Source of the DNA: Yuukianura sp. NJ FZ-2021 | Taxonomy: Eukaryota | Direction of reading: 5' to 3' | Assembly: GCA_046563655.1 (NCBI GenBank) | Contig: CM102284.1 | Span: 2,294,001 to 2,358,000, forward strand | Length of the DNA stretch: 64,000 nucleotides | Shown: positions 10,370 through 22,050 of the stretch, piece by piece | Layout: every line of letters starts with the position of its first letter | Numbering within the stretch: position 1 is the stretch's first letter | The notes under the pieces: model-generated | The model's database searches: none | Seen by the model: only the letters and a program-made list of their open reading frames with translations | Told to the model about the DNA's origin: nothing | Made by a program: the position numbers and the translations under genes

Positions 10370-13300
10370 TCACATGAGGTCATTGGGCGGTAAGTAAAAG
10401 TCCCAGTGCTGCTGCGTCGTCGTAGTCCTTGTGAGTAAGAGAATTCCAGTGATAAGGAGGAGGAGGACGCAGAGCATGAGCTGAAGGTGCATGCGCTGTT
10501 TGTCTTCAGAGTCACCGTCCGGTGGCAAAATATGTTCCAGGCTCTCCATCACATTCGAAATGGCTCTCATGCCAGAGCGGAGGATGGAGCGGCCTAGACG
10601 CATTCCGAGGTCAATGACCTCGTCTTCTGCCGTCTCTGAGGTCATTGACCTTTCGCATTCCCCTGAGGAAGCAGAGGTCATTGACTGTTGCCTTGGAGAC
10701 AGGATCGGTGGTTCAAGTGGTGGATCCAGTTCGGATTCACTTCGGGGGGAACTTAGTTGGTAGAAGGACGGTGGAGGTTCGGAAGGAAAAGGTGTGAGGC
10801 CAGAATTCAGTCGTTCCGAACTTGAAATCAACGACTCCTGGTTGACTCCGGGTAACCTGGATGTGTCCACTCGAAGTGAACCGATGGACATTGATCCGGG
10901 GCAATTTATGCCTTCAACCTACACAAAGCATTAGTGTTTAAATTTTTTGTAATACTGAAAGTACACTAAAGTTAGCTTTAGTTTAGTGTCATACATCAAG
11001 ATGTGACGTGTGGAGGTGGTCCATTGTTAGCGTCTGTGCACTGAGTTCGTTGACTCTAAGAAAATCGACCTCCAGTTCGTCCAAGTGCAAACGTGTAGGA
11101 AAAATTATTTGAGTCGGAGGTGCAGCATGGTTTGATATTCGTCGTTCCAAGTTTGGCGCGGGAAAATTATTGATCAGTTCGGCTGGAGCCGAAAAATCTT
11201 CAATTAGATCTGTAGGTGACGCAGAAAACTCATCAATTGGTTGGGTTGGCGCTGAAACATCGTCAATTGGTTCCGCAGGCGCTGAAAAACTGTCTATTAG
11301 TTCTGGTGACGCTGAAAGATTTTCGATTTGATCGCTTTTTGGTAGTTTTGCGGTATCTATACTCTCTTCTTTGACTATTTCTAGTTTTTCATCCGAAGGA
11401 AGTTTATGAATGGAATCTCTACAAAATGATTTCAAAAAGATAAAGATTCGTGATGACACGTTAGAGAAACTTTTTCAATTCAATTCAAATTCTCAAACTT
11501 ACAAAATTTTTTGAAACCTTTCCTCTTCTTCGAATGAGCTACCAAGCTCATTGTCTTCAAACTCTTCCTCCGTCAGTGGATCCGTTTGACATCCGACGTT
11601 CGCTTCTTCCTCATGCCCCAACAACGAAATGTTCCTGGCCGTACACAGCTCCTCTACAACTGGTCTACGTTGAACCATTGGTTCGTTGATCCCATCACTG
11701 TTGACCAAATTTGCGTAGTGACTTGCACCTAAACTCCGTTCAACAGCTTCCATGTCTAGGTCATTCATTGTCGTAAAAATGGCTGGTCTCGGAGGTCTCG
11801 GTGGAGGTGGCAAAGGGCGGTCACGCATAATCGAAGCGCTTGGTCTCTGTCCAACTTTTTCTGCTTCACGTTCAGGTTCTTTATGTTGTGGTGTGGATTC
11901 TGCTGGAGGTTGTTGACCTTTGACCTTCTTCCGGGGCGGACGTTTCGGTCTAATTGCTGAGTAGGTTCGGTGCGGCCGAGAAGGCGGGACGATATGGAAC
12001 GTGCGTGGAGTGAATCTCGGCAAGGAACAGCTTGGGATTGGTCCATGGGATGGAAGTTCGCGACTTTTTCGTTTGAGGTTATTCGATCCTTTGGATTGGC
12101 CTTTACGTTTTCGTCGTGGCACCGTGGCAGGCGGCACGGTGGATTCAACCACGGCGTAGCCATCACCGTCAAGGTCATCGTCTTGAAAATCTTCAAACAA
12201 CAAGCTTTCGCTTTCCGCTAACACTAGATTTTGTTGGATCTGTATTATAGTGTCCTGTTTATCGTCAATTTCATCTGCAAATGCTAAGCCTTCATCTTCA
12301 AAATATCTCGCTAATTCGGCCCGACGTTCAGATTCTATTTGTTCCAAAAGCGTATCGGTTTGTTCCGGTTCAATATTTTCTGAACGAGGCTGATTTGGGG
12401 CGTGAGACTGGAGTTTTTCCAGGGATGCTGCACGGGGAGGCTTGATCGGATGCTCAGCTTCTGTTTCGGACACAATTTTTACCGGTACCGATTCTTTCGG
12501 TAAAGCTTCAACGATTTTTGCCGGTTCGGTTTTTTGTTTTGCTGCCAAAGAATCTTTACTGCCTTGGAGACTTTTCCTAGAATTTCGTTTAGGACGAACT
12601 GGCATTTCAATTTCCTTGGTTGTATTTTTGGCTTGTTTGAATTTTGCCGCCAAAATTTGAATTTCCAAGTCATCGTCATCTGCCCACTCATTAGCTGCAA
12701 TAGTATTGTAGTAAAGTGTCTGAGGAGGTGATTTCCGTTTCGGTTGTTTCTTTTTCCGGTTCGGCCGGCTTGGTTTTCCATTTCCCGAACGATTTACCGG
12801 TTCGTACTGTTCATCGTCCTCTATTTTCTTTAACTGAGCTTTGACCCGCCGAATGCCTTCGTCATCTTCACTCTCCGAATTTGTCTCAAATGCAAATAGC
12901 GGTTCGCGATTTTCAGCTTCTTCCTCGTTTTCTGAAATTTCGTTGTCCAGAGATTCAACATAAGCCGAGATGTATCCAGGTCGTTGCTTTCTCTTCGGTC
13001 TCTCTGGCGGGAAAGTTTGAAAGTTCGGTGACATTGTGTTTTTAGGTGAGTCGACATTTCTTCTTGGAGCTAGCGGAGACTTTTTGTTTCCACGACGCGG
13101 ACGAGAAGGCGGAGTGAATGAACTTAAAGCGTTTACGTGAGTCGGTCTAAAAGCTTCGCGGAGTTCCGAAACCAAAAATCGTGTCATTTCAGCCTCATCT
13201 TCACCTTCTGAAAGTCCTTTCTCACGGAGAAAGAATTCATCTGAATCAATTTCTTCCAAAACGCCAACTTGACCTCTTGACCTTGACTGACCTCTTGATG

Positions 13301-16300
13301 AAGAGGCATTGGAAGAGTCTAGCGGAGACTCCCAACCGGAAGAATGCGCAGGTCCAGAAAAGTTCCGATCTTCGGATGCTTCTCGACTGTCGGATTTCTC
13401 AGTAGATTCCCAGTAATCGCGATGTGCTTGTCCAAGCAAGACGTGACGATCGACATTTCCGTTGGCGGGCTCCGTGGTTTCAAATTCCGAATTTTCGTAT
13501 TGATGCGGATCCGTCTGTTCCCGCGTTTTTCGTTGTGCAGCAACTATCACTGGTTTACTGGTTGAAGGAACTTCGACATTCTCCTCATCCTGGAATTTCA
13601 CAAGTCTTAAGCCACAATTTCAGAAAAAAAAAATTTTTTTTTTTAAATTACCTGTAGTTTTTTGGGTTTTCGTTTGAACCGAAACACGTTTCCCGCTGGC
13701 GTCGTGGGGACCGATTCTGATTGGCTCTCACTTCGTCTCTCTTTTTCTTCCTGTGCAGAACGTCTTGCTTCTTCTCTTGCTCGAATGTCCTTCAACGCCT
13801 CTTGATATTTCACGCTCATTCTCCCGCCAAATTTTTTCAAATCGGTTCCAATAACATTGACCTTTGACTTGACTCTTTGTGAAGTTCTGTGAGCCATCGA
13901 CCTCGAACTCTGTCCAAAGCCCTTCAGCTTCTGACCAATCGGCTTCTTCTCTTTCTTCATTTGCTCCTCCTCTTCTGTTTCATCTTGCGCATGCTCCGAA
14001 GACGTTGGAACCCATTGCACATGCGTAACTTCTGATTCTGTTTCGACCGAAGCTTGTGTAACATAGATTTGCGGGTCTGGAAGTCTAGCTTTGTGCGTCT
14101 GCGTAGGAGAACTGTGTGAATCCATTCTCTCTATCATTTCCTGACGGTATTGGTAAGCCAATTCCTGTTCCCCCAAAGGGGTAATTTTGAATCTTGGCGG
14201 GGAAGGACGCTGAGGTGGAGTTTTACTTTGGCGCTTAAATCGTTTTTTGAAACTGATGTCACCTAATTTCCGTTTCAAAATTTCAACTTTTGTGGGAGAT
14301 TTTGATTTTTCGGGAGACTTTTGTTGTCCTTCTTCTTCATTTTTCAGAATGGATTCCATTATGGCCAATTCCAACTCATCTGCTTCACGGTCTTCTGTCC
14401 GTGGTGGAGGCGGAGAGGTTTTCAAAATTCCAAATTTCGAGCGTTTCGGTTTTTCTTTTTTTGGTTTTTGCTGAACAGGAGAAGCTTTTTGTTCTTTTTG
14501 AGTTACAATAACTTCTTCATATTCTATATGTTTTGGCGGTTCGCTTAAAAATTCCCGCTCAGTTGAAATTTTAAGCCTTCCCGCATCTTCTCTTTCAATT
14601 TTTCGCTCCTCCTCCCACTTTCGTTCTTCGTCTTCCTCGTTTTGCTTTTGAAGATCTTCAGCTTGCTCAGTTTGTCTCTGAAATTCTTTGGCCATTTTTG
14701 CAGCTTCTTCAGCAAGTTGCTTTTGGCGCTCTTTTTCAAATTTAGCTGCTTCATCTGCCTCTGTTTTTCTTCGCTTGAGCTCTTCCTGTTCCTGTTTCTT
14801 TGCTTCGGCTTCTTGTCGCTTTAGCTCCTCTTGTTCTTGTTTCTTTGCTTCAGCTTCTTGTCGCTTTAGCTCCGCCTCCTGCTTTTTCAATTCTGCTTGC
14901 TGTTTCTTAAGTTCCGCTTCCTGTTTTTGCTTCGTCATTTTTTCTTCTGCTTTTAGTCTTTTCTGCTCCGCTTTTTCTTTCTCTTTCGCTTCTTTTTCTT
15001 CTTGCTTAATTCTTTTTGCTTCTGCTTCAGCTTCACGATCTTTCTGTTGTTTTTCCAATTTTAGCCGTTTTGCCTCTTCTCGGATTCGATCCTGCGTCGC
15101 CTTTTCTTCAGCCTTCAATCTTTCCAGTTCTAACTTTTCCTCTTCCTTCGACTTCTCGTCGACCTCCATCGATTTATCTTCTACCTCAATTCCAGCATTT
15201 TTTGGTTCTGTGGGTTCGATTCCTGCAGTCTTTGATGCAGCAGCAGACGGATCCTGAAGAGAAAGATCCAGAGTGTCGTCAAACCGAATTTTAACTTGTC
15301 TCACTTGAAAGTTCCCACTAGATGGCCCTGCCACTGGCTCTTCGTTGACGTCGATGTCTTCAAATTCTTCGCGTTCAGGAGCCACGTTTTCTTTCCCGCC
15401 TTTTTTGCCTAAAATTTTGAAACTAGCGAGTTTGCGCAGTTTCGGTCCAACGGCAGAAGAAATTTTCCCAAAACGCGTTTTAACATCAACTTTTGTCTTG
15501 TCGGGTTTGTCTGATTTTGACTCCTCTAAATTTTCCGGGGCTTGGACTTCTTCAAATGCCATTTCTTCCTCTTCTGCTGCAATTTCCAGTGGGTTTGGTT
15601 CGTCTACAGTTGTTTCTTTTGGTGTAGAATCTGGAGTCACTGGACGTTCTTGTTTAAGTGGGCGCATGCTTGATTTTTCACCGACTTTTGGCGCGGAGGT
15701 TCGAATTCCAGCGATGAAGAGACCTTTGGGTGGAGGTGCTTGTGATTTCTCCTTGTCAATATCATATAAATTCCACTCCTTGTCTCCGTCCATTCCAAAA
15801 TCATGAGGATCAGGCTGGTCAAGGCCATCCAGCCCCTCAGAACTTACAATCTGAAATTCAAATCATATTGAATCCTGAACATGTTACGTTAGTTGGCCTA
15901 AGTTTAGCATATTGGTAACATAACTGACGTAAACATAATATTAAGTACGTCTTTACTCTTAACTTCATAACATAAAACAACATTTACATCAAGTTCTGGT
16001 GGTATGTAGAACGGATGTCGGTCAAGTGAAGACGTTTCTGGATCTCCTCCAATGAGCCCACTGCTGTAGACGTCCATTGGATTCACGGCCTCATAAATAT
16101 TGTCACTGAAATACAAAGTAATAAAAATTAATCAACAAAATGTAACTAACAAAGAAAATAGTTTAAAAAATCTACAAAGTTTAACCCCAAAATCAAGGGA
16201 AAAAATCTCCAAAAAAAATAAACAGAGAGACAGCCACAAAGTTTCTCCATTTTAACGTAGCTTCCAATAATTTTTGATACACCAAATTTGGGGTTACAAA

Positions 16301-17753
16301 ATCATAAGAAAATTTTCGGAAAAGAAATTGTTAAAATAGAATTTCGAATGTACAAAGAATTGGACAAGAATTTTGAAAAACGAGGAAAATTTGTCCGTTT
16401 TTTATCGCTAAACTTTAGGTTAGGCTATAAGCTAGGGATGTTGTGACCTGTATCTCTTGTTGAACTCCATTTCAGTCCGCTGTTGCGGAAGACTTGGTTG
16501 TGACCATGAAATGGGGCGACGCTTGCGTCTATTTGGTGTGGGAATGTCCCACTCCCACCCTGACGCTTTTTCTGCTTTAGAAGGGTACTGACAGCCGCAG
16601 AAGACGAATTTCCTGTCCATTCGGTGGGGTCATGACCTAGAGTGACCCCATGGCACACTTTGGGGGCACTGCTTCACTCCAACTCTCAAATACTCAACTG
16701 ACTGCCCTACAAAAATATGTCTGAGCACTGGTTTTCTCAGGTACTAAAATTAGAAACGGAACATCCTTGGCAAGAGTCACTCTCATTTCTGCCAAATTCA
16801 ACAGTTTCTCCTTCCTTTCTTATTTGAATGGAATCTATAGTTACCAGACTCCAGTTTCCTTCACACAAAAGATTTTTTTTCGCACAAACAAGACATTGCA
16901 AAGTAAATTGTCTAAAAAAAATCTAAAATCTAGAAATCATAATTTCTAGATTTGTTTAGAATTGGAGAACGCACAATGCAGTGGATAAGGATAATTTTCC
17001 AATTTTTCACAAATTCCATCAAAATTTTCAATTTTCATCATGAAATCGTTGAAAAACTATTAAAGGCGGCGTAGGAGGAAGTTTTAACCTGAGGCTGAAC
17101 AGAATGCAAAAAAAAAATATGACCGGCAAATGCTTCTGCCCACGCCCAAACGGGATTGGATGAAAAAAGCAAAAGAGAAAAAGAAAAGCCGTTTAAAAAC
17201 TGGTTCAAATTAAATGCAGTAAAAAACCAAAAGTGAAAAACTATGTTTGCAAAACGGATTTTCATCTATGGCGTTGCGCTAACTTCTTCATGAACTTTTT
17301 TCACTTGATTGTTGGAAGTAAAAAATGCTAATGGAAATTATGGAGGTCACTTTATTTTTACATGTAGAGTAGAAAATAGTCACCTAAGCTTAACCTTGTA
17401 GGCAACATTAAAGTAAACAACTTAAACATTCACTCTCAGAATAGTAAAGTTTTGCAAACCTTTTTTCAGGGAGTTGCTGTTTGTCAAGATGAGTCCAAGG
17501 ATAGCCTCCTGCTTTTCGTTTTCTTCTCATCTCCTCCCACTCGTAAGTCTCCGGCGGGTAGCTTGGTCTCCACCATTCTGGAATTTTCAAAAAAATCAAA
17601 ATCAAAAAAAGCAATTTTTCAAAAATTTTAAACATACAAGGTTTCAGACTTACTTGGTGTAGATGGGCGACTGCGTTCTGAAATCTGCGAATGTGAAATT
17701 GACCTCTTGTCGTCGTTCCACTCCAATTCAGGCTCATCTTCGTCAAGGTCCAT
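10370..17753 (-). CDS. Large uncharacterised protein: E/K-rich coiled coil, Pro-rich disordered regions, single C-terminal TM helix. Exons 17753-17654, 17577-17460, 16105-15988, 15850-13652, 13589-11503, 11418-10995, 10918-10370
   Basis: Long ORFs (716, 700, 156, 173 aa) join in frame through GT-AG introns. It contains AEAKKQEQEELKRQE repeats and a hydrophobic LMLCVLLLLITGILLL just before the C-terminal HWDFYLPPNDLM. Family not recognised. Confidence 0.8.
16448..16620 (-). CDS. Candidate alternative first coding exon of the 10370-17753 gene
   Basis: ATG 16620 opens MDRKFVFCG...MEFNKRY and ends AG|GTCACA in phase 2, the same phase as the 17460 donor, so it is compatible with the 16105 acceptor. 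Confidence 0.4.
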
Positions 17754-18781
17754 TGTAGAAGAAGCACCGAATGTTATATAAGCCTACACTTTTTAATTTA
17801 AAAACTTAATTTTCCCACGTTCGCTTCACCCCTCCGTTTTCCCACCAGATTTCGCGCATGAGAGATGAAATAAAAGATAAAATGTTTATAAACTTTGGTT
17901 TTAGAAGATTACTGCGTAAAATCTAATATCAATTTTAAGTTCGTTTTGGAAAATACTTTTTTCTTGTTGGAAATCTGAGTATTTTCAGAGGTTTGTTTTG
18001 GATTTAGGTGAATGTGACTTGTGGACAAAGACTGTGCGATCTCATGGAGGATTCAGAGACGTTTGCAGTGTAATGATCCCAATTCCCAGCACAAGACGCC
18101 TACTGCCAAATGTCCAAATTTAGACACCCCCAATATTCACTTGTTCCATGTCGGGACTTATAGGCCGACATGTTCAACTAAAAATGCACAAAAAACAGGA
18201 CACAAGACATACTAAAGTGTATTAATCCGGAATTTGTAAAAATTTAAATAGTGTGGCACATTTTAATTTCAAAAAAGGTTTAAAAAAATTTCATTACTTT
18301 TGAGCTGAGGAATTCCATCGACGGTATTCATATGCTCTTAACTTTCTATTTCCCCCGGACACTTATGCTGTTGAAGCTAAACTTAAACAGTTTTAACGAA
18401 AATTAACATTGGCAATAAATGCATTAACACTTGAACTTTATTTGCATCATTGTTGTTGACCAAATACTTTGTTGAGGTTAGTAATGGAAAACATGGGGAC
18501 GCTTATTAATAAAACACGATGGAACTGTTTTACAGGAACAGTCACAAATTAGTAGTAACACGACGTAAACTTCACCACAACGTAACAGTAACATTAATAC
18601 GTTTTCTTCGGGAGAAACAAACATTTCAAACGCAAACGAATAATATCGAGTCATTCGATAAGGAATAAACCCTAATTTTGCATTAGAATTCTAATGACAC
18701 TAATAAACTGTTTAAGTCTGGGATTACGATCAGGAATTCTTTAAACTAACATTCAGTTCTAAACTCAATACTCTACTATGC

Positions 18782-21700
18782 TCAGTTCTGTGACCACTGT
18801 GCAAACTGTTCTTGTTCTCTCCTATCCTCTTCATCGAAACAAAAGTCATCCAGTTCCGCTTGCTCTTGACCTTCTCCTTCAAACTTCCCTTTAACATTGA
18901 CATTTCTCATCTGAGGAACTTTGGAATAGAGGAGATCGTTCACTTGTTCTTCCAAGTCCAAATCCGAATCACCTTCCGATAGGCGGATGTTGCGGAGTTG
19001 CTCCAAATACTTCTCTTCCTCCGCGAGCTGGCGCATGGCTCGCTCCTTATCCCACTGTGCATGTGCCAGGGACTCTTCCTCTTCAGCATTAAGTTCCCGT
19101 ACTAAGCTCGACATGGCATGGGTCACTGAATCAGCTGCCATTAGGAGATCATTTCTCAAAGGGAGTGACGATGAAGCGTCACTCGACATGGAATTGAATT
19201 CTTCCTCAGTGCTGAAGGCTGAACGAAGTTCTCCAGCACCACTGAAGAACGAGTTCAATTGATTGGAATGTTGGGGTGTAGTGGGAGCAGAACGAATTCG
19301 CTGGAAGTTGCCATAAACTCCTCCCACCACGCTGTAATTTGGTTTCGCGTTTGTCTCGGAAGCGTTTGGAAGTGACTGCTGAGCCTAGAAGGGAGAAAAA
19401 TACACATCATCCAAGCGATGTTCAAAAAATAACACCGCTACAGTTTTTTTTTTCTTTGATCGAAGCATTCTTTACGCTTACACGAAGCAATTTCATGAGT
19501 CCTTCGATTTGGCCCATTAAGTGGTCTCGACTCTGCTTGAGTCTCGATAGTTTGTCTTCCAAATCTGATTCATGGTATCGAAGCGTCACCAACTCATCCA
19601 TCACAACTGTCTCCACACCGGAGTTATCACTAAGCGGGTCAAGTTCCTGTTGGTACCTAAACGCCAAACATTTTGACTCAAGATTTCTTTAAAAAAATCC
19701 GGCAGTGAATTTTTTCGAACTTTCCTAAAAATTAAAGCAAGTAATACCTCAGCCTTGCAATTTCCCTTACGATGTCTCTGTTTCTTGCCTCGAGCTGTGC
19801 TATCATCTCCCTCTGCGTCTGCGTATTGTCAAACAGGTTCATGTTCATCTGCGTAGACATTCGTTTCTGCAAGTATCCAAACGTAAAGTATGTTAACTCA
19901 TGACGATTGTAAAACCAGAATAGCTGAACAAAAATGCAAATGTGGAAAAGCTCTCTCTCCGCAGGTCATGCTGTTACTATTAATTGAGAATTTGAACACA
20001 AACCTGTATCGGTTCAAATACAAATGGTGGCTGCATGTAACACAACAGAAACAAAGTTTCTTAACTCAATAAACACTATTGAAGAATTGGGTTCGGCAAT
20101 ATTTCGCACTGTTAACTACCGGTACTTACGGAGTACTTAGCCTCAGATGCTAGACGTGCCGTGTATCTAGCGATGAGGCGATGTTCTTCATCACTTTCAC
20201 TATTGAGGCTGTCTGCATAGCTCCCAACGCTGGTCCGATTACTAGCACTATTAGACATCAAACATTGTAAAGTAAGATGCAAAACATTCAGATTAATTGA
20301 GACAGTTAGTTTTTAGTATATTATTGACAGTGGATTGAACTATAACAAGCATAAAACCAAGGCAAAAGCAGTTATCGAAAACAAAGTTAAGGGAGCTAAT
20401 TAGCAATTACAAATGTAACACTTACACAATATATGCAAGGTTGAGTGGCCTCTCCGGCTGATCTTGGAACTGTGGCATCTTCTTCCCGTTCCCTTTCGGA
20501 GCAAGTCGAAACGACTTCCGAATTGAACTTCTTAGACTACTAGGACTCGGTTTCTGCAAATAGACGAAATACACATGCAACTTAACACACGTCGCTGCTT
20601 GAGTCTTTGATTTGAGAAATGTCGCTGAATATGAACTCAAGTCACGCTGGTTAGTACCTTGGTTGTACTAATTTAAAACGATAGAGTAAATGTTATTCAT
20701 TATCGCACTTACATTGGTTGAATACTCTTTGACTTCATGGTCATTCCGATGATTTCCCGTGGTTTTCCCCTGCCAAAAACAGTTTTGGCACAAATTAAAA
20801 TTGGAACACTTCTGACACTTGTAGCGAAGTCCTTGGATCGAAGGAGAACGACATACAGAGCACGACACTGGATGATTAACTGCAAGTACATATTCACTAG
20901 ATTAATGATTTTGATTGGAATAATACATAGGATAAATAATAACTAAAACTAAACACTAAATTATTGCTAAACGTGTTCTATCGTTTAACTCACCATTTTC
21001 TACTCCTCCGATAACTTCAATGAGAGGCATCCAGATGAGACACAGAGGACCTGGATCAGCTAGCAACGTCTCCAGAAACTTGTTAATTGGAACAGCAGTG
21101 TCCTATATAAACATCAATGCCGAATGGTTATGGGCTGCACGCTGCAATTCATTTCCTCAGTGGCTGGGGGCCACAAAAATGAGAACGAGCCTTACCGCGT
21201 GGAATATTGATTTCCCAAGGTCTTGCCTATAAGGAAATGTTGGCGACTCAAGAACCATGGCGGGTAGAGCCAGCAGTTCTTCCAAGTACTCTTCAAATCT
21301 ATCAATAACCATCTTTCCACTCATAGGGTCTGAGATCTGCGTAAAAATATCTTCACAAACCAAAAAAAAACTGTACATTCCGGAGTTATTTGTAAGTACA
21401 AATGAAATTGAAATTGAGAACCTTACATCTGAGTTTATCCACCAACTTCCCATTGCAGAGTGTAATTAGTCCTACTTTCACCGAAAATACTCGTATGTGC
21501 CCACTGCATTCACTACAAATCAAAGACGTTTCGACATCCAGATTCAAATTCCGCCGTTAGGAGTTTTACTTTTAACATGTTACTTAACTTACGGATCATA
21601 GCCAAGAACTAGCCACGAGAGAAGGACACGAACAGAGGAACGTACATCTACTTCGTGTCCAGGAGGAAGACGTTTGTTGAGGTTCACGTAGAGAGACAGC

Positions 21701-22050
21701 AGAATCGACTCCAATTTGGTCAACGTCAACAGTGAGTTCGGTTCAAGTGCATTCAGCCCATTCTCACGAAAGGATTCAATCACGTTCCAGATATCCAGCA
21801 GATCAACTTAACGTCAAAAGGTTTCATTATCACGTCATCTCCCACATATAACGTCATATTCAAAGCTGTGACGTATGACGTCAATAGAAACTTTACCATT
21901 GCACTGCTTCTGTATGTATCTCAATTTAGCTGCCGTTCTGTAGGAAGCATATCGAATGGCGTCAAATCCCAACTCCCGTAGCTTCTGCAGTAGAAGTGGC
22001 AGATCCTCTAGCTCCACACTGGCAGTGGGAGTCCTGAGGTCAAGATTCAT
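18782..22050 (-). CDS. Dyb: Dystrobrevin (multi-exon)
   Basis: FDAIRYASYRTAAKLRYIQK, DLLDIWNVIESFRENGLN (EF-hand-like region), ZZ zinc finger CSVC..RYKCQKCSNFNLCQNCFWQG..HEVKEY, DEEHRLIARYTARLA, coiled coils and LRNDLLMAADSVTHAMSSLVRELN. Confidence 0.92.

Noticed and set aside
14247-15806. Long + strand Ser/Phe-rich ORFs (189 aa, 153 aa and others)
   Set aside because: Antisense shadows of the E/K-rich minus-strand exon.
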